From assembly GCA_963703655.1 (NCBI GenBank), contig CAVPFA010000008.1, forward strand, positions 4,060 to 68,059: a stretch of 64,000 bases of DNA. Direction: 5' to 3'. A program made the position numbers and the translations under genes. Below are positions 10,136 to 17,753 of this stretch, one piece after another. The notes under the pieces were generated by a model. That model had not been told where the DNA came from and did no database searches. It saw only the letters and a list, made by a program, of their open reading frames with translations. This DNA is from an uncultured Acidimicrobiaceae bacterium. GTDB taxonomy: Bacteria; Actinomycetota; Acidimicrobiia; Acidimicrobiales; Bog-793. Positions within the stretch are counted from its first letter, which is position 1. Every line of letters starts with the position of its first letter.

Positions 10136-11136
10136 ACGCCGCCCCTTAGCGAGTACACGATGGTCCTGGCGATCATCCCGTTCCCGGCCAAACCTACGGA
10201 CACGAAGACTGGCTTGGTGCGCCCTGGCACCGTGACGCGGAGGACGAGGATGGAGTAGGGCGGCAACGTCGCCGGACAGGCGGCAAGACCGTGCAGGTCA
10301 AGGCAGCGGGCCGGAAACGCGAGAGTCACCATTGGTTCGGTGCGGAGTCCTGAATCGACCTGGACGCCGTTGACCGGCTCCTGAGGAAGCGGCAGCAAGT
10401 AGGCGCAAGGCGGAAGAAGCATGGGACGCGCGTCGGTGCTCAGCGTCACCGTTGTTCCGGAAAACGCAACGCCAGGTGTCCGGCAGATTGCTCCGAGGCC
10501 GGGCGTCACCTGCGTCCGATTGACGGGCCAGCCAGCTGGGACCGAGAAGTGCAAACCTGCGAACGTTACCGAACGCCATCCCGACGGGACCTCCGGCGCG
10601 GGACGTGTAGCCAGTACAACAGCTCGCGGCGAGACCGCCAGCGTGTCGGTCACCCGAGTACCGGACCCATCGGTTGCCCATAGCTCAACATGCAGCGACG
10701 GCACGAAGTAGGTGACAAACGTGGCGGCCCTCGGTCCCAGGAGCACGAAGATGCCGTGAAGCAGAACCGGTTTTTCCTGTCGGTATGGAGTAGGGATCGA
10801 ACCGAGCGGGGTGATCCGCACCGTGGGGGACGACGCAGCCGTGGGGCATCCGAGGTCCTGCCGAACTACACCGAGTTGGATGATGGGCGGCCACTTTCCT
10901 CCGCACCACGCGTGGGTCATAACAGCCCATGTCGCGGGTACGGACACCTGCGCGTCCCCGTAGGCGACCGGCACCCAGCCGGCAAGTGTGGCCGAGAGGT
11001 CAACGGCATGAAGCGGCGGGGCCGTGCGCGGGATGCCGCTGTGCGTCGTCGGAGTGACCGCCTCGAAGCCAGTGCACGTAGCGAGGATGAGAGCCGGGAC
11101 CACCAGCACCAGGACGCGAAGTCTCACTGCCGCCAT
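10033..11136 (-). CDS. Putative lipoprotein; 3' end uncertain because the ORF runs into the group II intron
   Basis: The internal Met at 11136 gives a signal peptide plus lipobox (MAAVRLRVLVLVVPALILATC). There are internally repeated segments (VSVPATWAV / FSVPAGWPV). Protein-like sequence ends about 10136 (..ARTIVYSLRGG). The remaining residues up to the track's stop at 10033 are intron sequence. Confidence 0.55.
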   Translation of the reverse strand: MAAVRLRVLVLVVPALILATCTGFEAVTPTTHSGIPRTAPPLHAVDLSATLAGWVPVAYGDAQVSVPATWAVMTHAWCGGKWPPIIQLGVVRQDLGCPTAASSPTVRITPLGSIPTPYRQEKPVLLHGIFVLLGPRAATFVTYFVPSLHVELWATDGSGTRVTDTLAVSPRAVVLATRPAPEVPSGWRSVTFAGLHFSVPAGWPVNRTQVTPGLGAICRTPGVAFSGTTVTLSTDARPMLLPPCAYLLPLPQEPVNGVQVDSGLRTEPMVTLAFPARCLDLHGLAACPATLPPYSILVLRVTVPGRTKPVFVSVGLAGNGMIARTIVYSLRGGVMRPIRHPIAMFVVAVLRSAGINRHGEGEEDALR

Positions 11137-11503
11137 GGTCCCATAAAGCTGCACCGGAGCGCTTCGCGTACGACCTGGCGGCCGACAGCACATCGCCGTG
11201 CAGCCAACGACACCGTTGGGCATAGCGGGACCGGTGCAGGCTCGCGCACCGACGTGAGGCGGACACTGTTCAGGCGTTGCGGGACGCGTCCTGGCCTTTG
11301 AGTTGGGTGACCCTCCCATATCCGACAAACGTGCTGTTTCGCGCCGCGCGCCAAACCGTCATGCGTGTCAACGCCCCAGATTGGGTCTGCGAGCCTGAGC
11401 CGCCGCGACCGCCCGATGACCCCGACGGCTGGCTTGCGGCTCGGTCCGAACGTCAACCAAGAGCGGTTGGGGAGGCGGGGGTGCCCTCCCGCTACTCAGC
11501 AAG

Positions 11504-12712
11504 TCAACTTGCGTACTCCACCTTCCAAGTGCGACCCGCGTCACTCGTGTGCACGAGACGGTAAACAGTCGATGAGCCACCAGCCTTATACCGAATAAAC
11601 ATGCCCGTGACCCAACCAGAACGGGATGTGACAAAGCTGGCCCCAAGGGACACGGTGATGTAGCCGACGTCGCCGCGGCGAACCAGCTCTTTGCCACTTC
11701 GCTCGGCAATCGCCCACGGGGCTGTCCCGAATCCGCAAGCTAGACATCCGTCGATAAACGCGGCGGTGTCCGCGTCGATGGCGCTGAAAGCTCCCGGTTC
11801 GGTCCCGGGCGACTCGACTGAGACCGCGACGCCGCGATAGGGAAAGTAAAGCTCGGCGAAAATGGGCCTCCAGGCGCCACCGTCGCTGTGATAGGCGACG
11901 TGAGGAGTTTGACTCATGGCACCGCCCGGTCCGTCGAGCACAGCCCAGCCAGCTTTTTGTCCCGCGCACTGAACCATCGCGAGGGGGCGGGCCTGTCCCA
12001 GCCCGTAGCCCTTCAGGGCGAGCGACCATGATTTTCCACCGTCATGGCTGCGGTAGACACTTCCATCGGCTCCGAGCCAGCCGTCATCAGGCGTCGCGAA
12101 GCACACGCTCTGCGCGTCGGCCGGAGCAGCGAGCAGCGTCCAGCTCTGTCCCGCGTCATCTGTCTTCAGCACTACCCCGCCCGTCCAAGGAGCCATCGGG
12201 CTCAAGCTGCCGAAGGTTTTTCCGCCCGCGACCGCGTAGGCGATCCTCCTTGTGACGAAGTGCACGGAGCGAACTGGCCAGGCGGGCTCGTGAAGCTGTT
12301 GCCAGCGCCGACCGCCGTCGGTAGTGACGAGCAAGTCCGTCAGACCGACAGCCCACCCGTGCTCAGAGTCAACGAAATCGACCTCGCTCAGGTCCGCGCA
12401 TCGGGCTCGGTATTGAACTGTCCAACGTATGCCGCCGTCATCAGTAGCAAGGATCTCGTTGGACCCGACAGTCCAACCTGTCGTGACCGAGAGGAACTGC
12501 ACGCCGTAAAGCTCGCCTGGTGCGAAGAAACCTGCATCGAGCCCACCCGGGCACGCGTCAGAAGACGACACCGACCGCAGGCTGTACAGGATCGTCCTCG
12601 CGACCACACCGGCACCGGCGGTCGGTGAGATCGCTTGCGCGCTTGAACACACGGCGAGAATCAGTGCAATGGCCACGATCACAATGCCGGCGAGCTTGCG
12701 CACCGTGCTCAT
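11504..12712 (-). CDS. Secreted BNR/Asp-box repeat beta-propeller protein (sialidase/Ycf48-like fold)
   Basis: The Met at 12712 gives a signal peptide (MSTVRKLAGIVIVAIALILAVCSSAQA). Five Asp-box-like motifs are present: DDGGIRW, TDGGRRW, DDAGQSW, HDGGKSW, SDAGRTW. Confidence 0.75.
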   Translation of the reverse strand: MSTVRKLAGIVIVAIALILAVCSSAQAISPTAGAGVVARTILYSLRSVSSSDACPGGLDAGFFAPGELYGVQFLSVTTGWTVGSNEILATDDGGIRWTVQYRARCADLSEVDFVDSEHGWAVGLTDLLVTTDGGRRWQQLHEPAWPVRSVHFVTRRIAYAVAGGKTFGSLSPMAPWTGGVVLKTDDAGQSWTLLAAPADAQSVCFATPDDGWLGADGSVYRSHDGGKSWSLALKGYGLGQARPLAMVQCAGQKAGWAVLDGPGGAMSQTPHVAYHSDGGAWRPIFAELYFPYRGVAVSVESPGTEPGAFSAIDADTAAFIDGCLACGFGTAPWAIAERSGKELVRRGDVGYITVSLGASFVTSRSGWVTGMFIRYKAGGSSTVYRLVHTSDAGRTWKVEYAS

Positions 12713-12802
12713 TGTCACACTAATCGCCGGTTTCGGGCAGTCGGGCAGCAGAGAGCGCAGGCTGCTGCTTGACGCCGACCGCTCGGGGGGTATAGTCACA
12801 GC

Positions 12803-12982
12803 ATGAGTAGTACCACACCAACGGTGGAGATCGACCCCACCAGCCCGGTCCCCCTCCACGAACGGGTTGCTTCCGCCATACGCCGCGCCATCGCCGATGG
12901 CGGGGCGAAGCCAGGCGAGCGGCTACCTCCTGCTCGGGACCTCGACAAGGTGCTCGGCGTGAACTCGACCGACTGTCGGTGA
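12803..12982 (+). pseudogene. Truncated GntR-family HTH fragment (59 codons)
   Basis: MSSTTPTVEIDPTSPVPLHERVASAIRRAIADGGAKPGERLPPARDLDKVLGVNSTDCR* matches only the N-terminal wHTH of GntR regulators and stops inside the recognition helix. TATAGT lies 6 nt upstream of the ATG, which looks like a leaderless start. Confidence 0.5.
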
Positions 12983-13082
12983 CCCGCCTGCGGACGCCAA
13001 GATTGTGGGGGGCATGACGAACTCGAACGTGAGACCGAGCCGACCAGAAGTCACTCCCGACGTGTACCTAGGATGACCGGAT

Positions 13083-13904
13083 GTGAAGGGTTTCGCCTAC
13101 GTGACTGCGGCGGTGATCGTGGTAGTGGGCGTCACGTTGGGCGCGATAGCTCTGGTGGGAGCTTGGTCGTCCCAGTCCTACGCGTCGGCCACCGCTGTTC
13201 TTCGTCAGATCGGCTGCACGGATCAAGAGATTCAGATGGTCGGTGCCTCAGCGGTTTGCCCGCCACAGGTCAACTTAGGCCCCTTTGACTACCTGGCCAT
13301 GACCTTCAAGCCAGGCTCATCCCCAACGACCTACCTCCTCAGTCACGAAACAGAGTTCACGGGCAGTGAGGTCGGCGTCGTCTACGGACCCAACTGGTTG
13401 ATCGCGGTTTCGAGCGCCGAGGTTAACGGCCCCATGGAACACGTGGTGAAGGCCACCGGTGGGACCGTTTGGCACGCCGCAGATCAGGAGGCCTTTCTGA
13501 CCCTCTGCCAGGCAGTGTCATCCCTGGACCGGCTAATCGTTCACCGGACCAACGCCAATCCGCAGTTGCACCTTCACTTCCCGTTCCCGAGCGTGGTGAT
13601 CGTGACCAACGCCAGTTCGGTCCATGATGCCGCCAAAAGTTTGTGCGCGCTGCAGAGGATGCCAAAGGGGGTGTTCCACTGTCCGGCTGTCATCGGCCTG
13701 GACTATCACCTGACGTTCTCTACGGTTAACCGGGGCTTCCCGACCATCGTCGTTCCCGCTACGGGCTGCCAGGAGGTCAGCGGACTAGGCCCGACGCGCT
13801 GGGTGGCCCGTACGCCAAGTTTCTGGGGCGCGCTCGGCAAGGCGATGGGGCTGGCGAAGGCGACATACTCAACCTTCAGCGACGACGGTTGTGGCTACTG
13901 CTGA
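13083..13904 (+). CDS. Hypothetical membrane-anchored extracytoplasmic protein
   Basis: 273-aa ORF with an N-terminal TM helix (FAYVTAAVIVVVGVTLGAIALVGAW), several Cys residues, and a C-terminal DDGCGYC. No family recognised. Confidence 0.5.
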   Translation: MKGFAYVTAAVIVVVGVTLGAIALVGAWSSQSYASATAVLRQIGCTDQEIQMVGASAVCPPQVNLGPFDYLAMTFKPGSSPTTYLLSHETEFTGSEVGVVYGPNWLIAVSSAEVNGPMEHVVKATGGTVWHAADQEAFLTLCQAVSSLDRLIVHRTNANPQLHLHFPFPSVVIVTNASSVHDAAKSLCALQRMPKGVFHCPAVIGLDYHLTFSTVNRGFPTIVVPATGCQEVSGLGPTRWVARTPSFWGALGKAMGLAKATYSTFSDDGCGYC

Positions 13905-14053
13905 GAGGACTTATCGGCGTGGCCCCACGGTGCGCGTCCGTGACGTACTTCTCAACTCCCTCGCAGGGGCAGTGAGAACCGGCGTGGCGGCCAGCGGAGG
14001 GCACCAACCTGGCCGCTCATCCCGGAGCATTCTGGACGTGCCGGAGAGCAGCT

Positions 14054-14183
14054 AGAGGGCACTGCCCGATGCAGCTCGACGTCGAGCGCGTCGGCGAGGC
14101 CAAGCAACCCCGGGCAGCGGCCTGCACGACCGCGCCTACGCCTAAGCCTTGGCGAGTTCCTCAATCTGACGGGCGGCGAAGTC
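14054..14183. repeat. Copy 1 of an imperfect ~130-bp repeat (partner at 16091-16219)
   Basis: The core 14146-14183 matches 16182-16219 at 35/38 nt (GCCTTGGCGAGTTCCTC[A/G]ATCTGACGGGC..AAGTC). AGAGGGCACTGCC and CAGCGGCCTGC blocks are also shared. On the minus strand the core reads DFAARQIEELAKA-stop, an orphan C-terminal coding fragment. Confidence 0.7.
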
Positions 14184-14267
14184 TGCTCATTCCCTACGAT
14201 GCGACAGAGACCGCCTGAGGCGCTCGTGCCCATACACTCGGTCGTCCTGACGTGGCACACTGCTTCT

Positions 14268-15230
14268 GTGTTCGAGGGCTTCACTCCTGGTGCGCAAAAA
14301 GTTCTATTCCTCGCTCGGCAAGAGGCGCTGTTGTTGCGCCACTATTACGTCGATACCGAGCACCTGCTCCTCGGGGTATCGAAGGAGCGGGAGGGTATCG
14401 GGGCACGAACGCTCCAGGCGCTGGACATCACTCCCGAATCGCTCCGGGACAAGATCGACGAGTTCGTCGATCCGTCCGACGCCGAGCCCGCGGAGTCACC
14501 GCCATACACGCCGGGTGCCATGAAGGCGCTGGAGCTTGCAAAGCGGGAGTCCCTCTCTCTCGGGTCGCACTACATCGGCACCGAGCACCTACTCCTCGCC
14601 ATCGTGCGCGAGGGCGAAGGTGTCGCTGCCAGGGTTCTTCTCCAGTTTGGTGCCAACCTTGAGCGCGTCCGGCTGCACGTGAGCCGCCTCTTGATGGAGG
14701 AAGAAGGGATCATCCAAGACCCGGCTCAAGAAAGCGTCGCTACAGTCGGCTCAACCGGATCGAGACCCCGGGTCGTTTCACAAACCTGGGTGGCGGGCAT
14801 GGGGCTCTTGACGACGGTAGCCGGGACGCCAGATCGTCGGAGTCCGAGCCAGCGGCGCTACATGGAAGACCACCAGACTGAGATGATCATCAAGCTCGCG
14901 GTGCGCCATGCAGGGGTCGCTCAAGAACCCAACCCGACCATGGTGAAGTGGGTAGCCACAAACCGACGGGATGCGAATCGGGTGTTGCTGGACGCCGTCG
15001 TCGACGACGTCGAACCCGTATTCGCCTTGGAGGTCACCGGCGGCACATTCCAGCGCCTGAGAGGTGGTCCCCGGGGGTCAGGTGGTCCGACACCGGGCTC
15101 AGTGCTCAAACTGATCGTGAGCCAGGCATTTCACGTTCTAGACATCGGAATCGGTGACCTCACATCTGACCTGTCACCGTTGGGTGTAGTGCAGACCCAG
15201 CGGCTCACCGGAAGCGCCGAGCCGGACTGA
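14268..15230 (+). CDS. Clp N-terminal (Clp_N/R-domain) repeat protein fused to an unrecognised ~175-aa C-terminal region; no ATPase domain
   Basis: Two Clp_N repeats: FTPGAQKVLFLARQEALLLRHYYVDTEHLLLGV and YTPGAMKALELAKRESLSLGSHYIGTEHLLLAIV. No Walker motifs follow them. I chose the GTG at 14268 because it gives the usual FExFT N-terminus; the ORF track starts at 14199. Confidence 0.7.
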   Translation: MFEGFTPGAQKVLFLARQEALLLRHYYVDTEHLLLGVSKEREGIGARTLQALDITPESLRDKIDEFVDPSDAEPAESPPYTPGAMKALELAKRESLSLGSHYIGTEHLLLAIVREGEGVAARVLLQFGANLERVRLHVSRLLMEEEGIIQDPAQESVATVGSTGSRPRVVSQTWVAGMGLLTTVAGTPDRRSPSQRRYMEDHQTEMIIKLAVRHAGVAQEPNPTMVKWVATNRRDANRVLLDAVVDDVEPVFALEVTGGTFQRLRGGPRGSGGPTPGSVLKLIVSQAFHVLDIGIGDLTSDLSPLGVVQTQRLTGSAEPD

Positions 15231-15467
15231 GCCGGGAGCCGATGCTGCGGCGGCTCTTTGCCGGTCGCGGTGATATTCGACACCGGGCGCGTGTTGTCGG
15301 TCACTCAGCGGGCCATCCGAGCGACGCTCAGAATGCCTCGGCCTGACCAGCGGGCAGGTGCTATTTCCACAGGTCGCGACGCGTGCGCGACGGCCGGTGC
15401 GGACCGCGCGGCCGATCGGGTCGCTATGCCTGATCAGCCTTGACCCCGGGCAGGTGCGTGGCGCGAC

Positions 15468-15731
15468 CTAGCTGGCTTTCGCGACGAGCTCGGCCTGGTA
15501 GCGGCCCGCCTCGAGTTGGGGATCGCTGTCGAGCACAAGTCCTTGAACCGTCACGGTGACAGCCTCGTCGGTCAAGTAGAGCGAGAGGGCCTCAGTGAGC
15601 GCCTCCTCGAGCTCCTCTTTCGTGTCGCCCGACGCGAACAGCCCAGGTAGCTCGGGGACCTCTGCCCAGAAGCTCCCGTCCTCGACATGAACGTCAACGG
15701 CAAAGCTGCGCAGCTCTTGAAAGAAGGTCAT
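15468..15731 (-). CDS. hicB: HicB-family antitoxin
   Basis: 87 aa. DGSFWAEVPELPGLFASGDTKEELEEALTEALSLYL is the typical HicB/UPF0150 N-domain. The gene lies directly downstream of hicA. Confidence 0.75.
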   Translation of the reverse strand: MTFFQELRSFAVDVHVEDGSFWAEVPELPGLFASGDTKEELEEALTEALSLYLTDEAVTVTVQGLVLDSDPQLEAGRYQAELVAKAS

Positions 15732-15747
15732 TCGACCGTTTCCGTGC

Positions 15748-15969
15748 TCATCGAGTGAGCCCTGCTTGTCTCAAGATTGCGGCGCGGAGCTCGGCGCCGT
15801 AATCGTTGCCTTTGTGCCTCGGGAGCGTGATCGGCCGGCGCCCTTGTTTCACCATCTTCACGACGTGCTTGCCGCCGAAGGTGCGCGTCCAGCCTGCCCG
15901 TTCGAGCAGTGCTATCGCCTTCGCCTGGTTTGAGAACGGTCGGAGGCGCGGGAAGATCCTTCGGCACAC
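15748..15969 (-). CDS. hicA: HicA-family mRNA interferase toxin
   Basis: 73 aa. AIALLERAGWTRTFGGKHVVKMVKQGRRPITLPRHKGNDYGAELRAAILRQAGL matches the HicA dsRBD-like fold signature. GAGGAGG lies upstream of the GTG start. Confidence 0.75.
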   Translation of the reverse strand: MCRRIFPRLRPFSNQAKAIALLERAGWTRTFGGKHVVKMVKQGRRPITLPRHKGNDYGAELRAAILRQAGLTR

Positions 15970-16090
15970 GACCTCCTCAGCTCCTCCGGGCGAACCTTGT
16001 CCACGCTGTCGAAGCCTCCGCCTTCGCGGTGCTCCCCATGAGGGAGCGTATTGACACTGTACGCCTTGGCGGTGTCAGTGCCGCCCTTGG

Positions 16091-16219
16091 AGAGGGCACT
16101 GCCGGGCGGCTCGGCGTCAAGGCGTCGGCGGGACCGAGCGACCTTCTGGACAGCGGCCTGCTCGACTGCGGCTAAGTCTCAGCCTTGGCGAGTTCCTCGA
16201 TCTGACGGGCCGCAAAGTC
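16091..16219. repeat. Copy 2 of the imperfect ~130-bp repeat (partner at 14054-14183)
   Basis: See copy 1. Here the minus-strand fragment is longer (KRNIISRQILSTPAGRDFAARQIEELAKAET-stop) but has no start codon. It lies between hicA and tRNA-Val. Confidence 0.7.
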
Positions 16220-16443
16220 GCGGCCCGCAGGAGTCGACAAGATCTGCCTGCTGATGATGTTCCGCTTATGACACCGCCAGCCTCCCGGAACCGGCGCCCT
16301 GACTCAGTTTGACCAGCGATTGCAGCAGCCATTGCGGCAACGCTGCTTCAGACCGATACACACCCGTGGACACAAGTGAACACCCTGCCGAACGGTCTAG
16401 GCTGAGGAAAGCCAGTAAACAGAAGGCTTTCCCAGGTCACCGG

Positions 16444-16520
16444 TGGTGGGCCGTACAAGACTTGAACTTGTGACCTCTTGCGTGTCATGCAAGCGCGCTA
16501 CCAGGCTGCGCCAACGGCCC
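16444..16520 (-). tRNA. tRNA-Val (anticodon GAC), CCA encoded
   Basis: Minus strand: GGGCCGTTGGCGCAGCCTGGTAGCGCGCTTGCATGACACGCAAGAGGTCACAAGTTCAAGTCTTGTACGGCCCACCA. It folds as a cloverleaf with a 7-bp acceptor stem, anticodon stem CTTGC/GCAAG, anticodon loop ATGACAC, and T-arm ACAAG-TTCAAGT-CTTGT. Confidence 0.9.
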
Positions 16521-16592
16521 GTTTCCTGCTGGGCACTCTAGCCTCTCATCCTCAAGGCCGTCGTCGGCATTTCTGCACTGGGCCAGGCTGCC

Positions 16593-17216
16593 TCAGTGCC
16601 CTGCGGATGGCCGTCGCATGAACCAGTTGGTCACGCCGATTACTCGCTCCTCGGCGATGATCTTGAACCCGAACCGCGTGTAGAGCCGAACATTGTCCTC
16701 CGTCTCGGTCTCCAAGTAGCCCGTCAGGTTCGCCTCGTCAAGGTGTCGGCAGTAGGCGTGAAGTACTTGCGTACCGATGCCTCTGCCCTTGAGATGGGCG
16801 TCAACCCCCAGAGGACCAAGGTGCGAGTGCGGCTCTTTCGGGTCAAATTTGCCCCACGCCGCCGACAGGCGGACCGTGCGCAGGAGGGAACCTGGACCAG
16901 TCGGGAGCATCGGCGGAATGAGCCTGAGGCGCTGAGCATTCGTGGGCTGGCAAGTGCCAGGGGGCGCGATGCCGGCCACCGCGACGATGGTCTGGCCATC
17001 GAGACCGACGAGTGGCGGCTGGTTTACCAGGGTGACGCGAAACATCGCCCCGAACATCATTTCGAGGCACCGGCGCCGGCGTTCGGGATCCCCTCTGAAC
17101 AAGGCCGTGGGTATGGGGTTGTCACGAAAGCTACGAGCGAGCAGGGCTACCGCTGCAAGGAGCTCATCTGGTTGAAGGTCGCGTACCTCCACGACCGGCC
17201 GGTCTCCGCTGCCCAC
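16593..17216 (-). CDS. GNAT-family N-acetyltransferase
   Basis: 207 aa. Acetyl-CoA binding motif LGPLGVDAHLKGRGIGTQVL ... NVRLYTRFGF. Confidence 0.75.
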   Translation of the reverse strand: MGSGDRPVVEVRDLQPDELLAAVALLARSFRDNPIPTALFRGDPERRRRCLEMMFGAMFRVTLVNQPPLVGLDGQTIVAVAGIAPPGTCQPTNAQRLRLIPPMLPTGPGSLLRTVRLSAAWGKFDPKEPHSHLGPLGVDAHLKGRGIGTQVLHAYCRHLDEANLTGYLETETEDNVRLYTRFGFKIIAEERVIGVTNWFMRRPSAGH

Positions 17217-17329
17217 CGCCTGACGATACCCGAGCGATGTCGGGCAGTCCTCGGTACGCTCACCGGTGGCACGGTCGCGCCGGCCCGCCCGCTTCTGGTG
17301 TCATGGACCACTGACAAGGGAGGAACCGG

Positions 17330-17731
17330 ATGCATCCCGACGAGGTCGCTGCGGAGCTTGCTGCTCGTTTTGCCAGTGCTTGGAACCGCCACGACATGGG
17401 CGAGCTCGCCAGCCTCTTTGATGACGACGCTTCGTTCGTGAACGTCGCCGGCATGCGCATGCGAGGCCGCGAGGCGATCCGGCAGGCCCACGCCAGCGTT
17501 CACGCAGGTATCTATCGCGACTCTCACGTTCTCGTGGAAGTCGACGATGCGCGTGAGCTGGCCCCGAACGTGATCGTCGCTGCCCTGCGCACCGAGCTCA
17601 TCGGGGACGAGCGGGCGCCGGGTGAAGTCCGGTACTCCCTGCTGACTTTGGTGATCGACCGACATGGAGATGACTGGGCAATCGCCGCGGCTCAGAACAC
17701 CCACGTGGTCACACCTCCGCCCGATCGTTGA
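17330..17731 (+). CDS. SnoaL-like / SgcJ-EcaC family (NTF2-fold) protein
   Basis: 133 aa. FASAWNRHDMGELASLFDDDASFVNVAGMRMRGREAIRQAH is typical of the DUF4440/SgcJ-EcaC NTF2-like family. Confidence 0.65.
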   Translation: MHPDEVAAELAARFASAWNRHDMGELASLFDDDASFVNVAGMRMRGREAIRQAHASVHAGIYRDSHVLVEVDDARELAPNVIVAALRTELIGDERAPGEVRYSLLTLVIDRHGDDWAIAAAQNTHVVTPPPDR

Positions 17732-17753
17732 GGGCCGGGCCGGCCGGCCAGCT

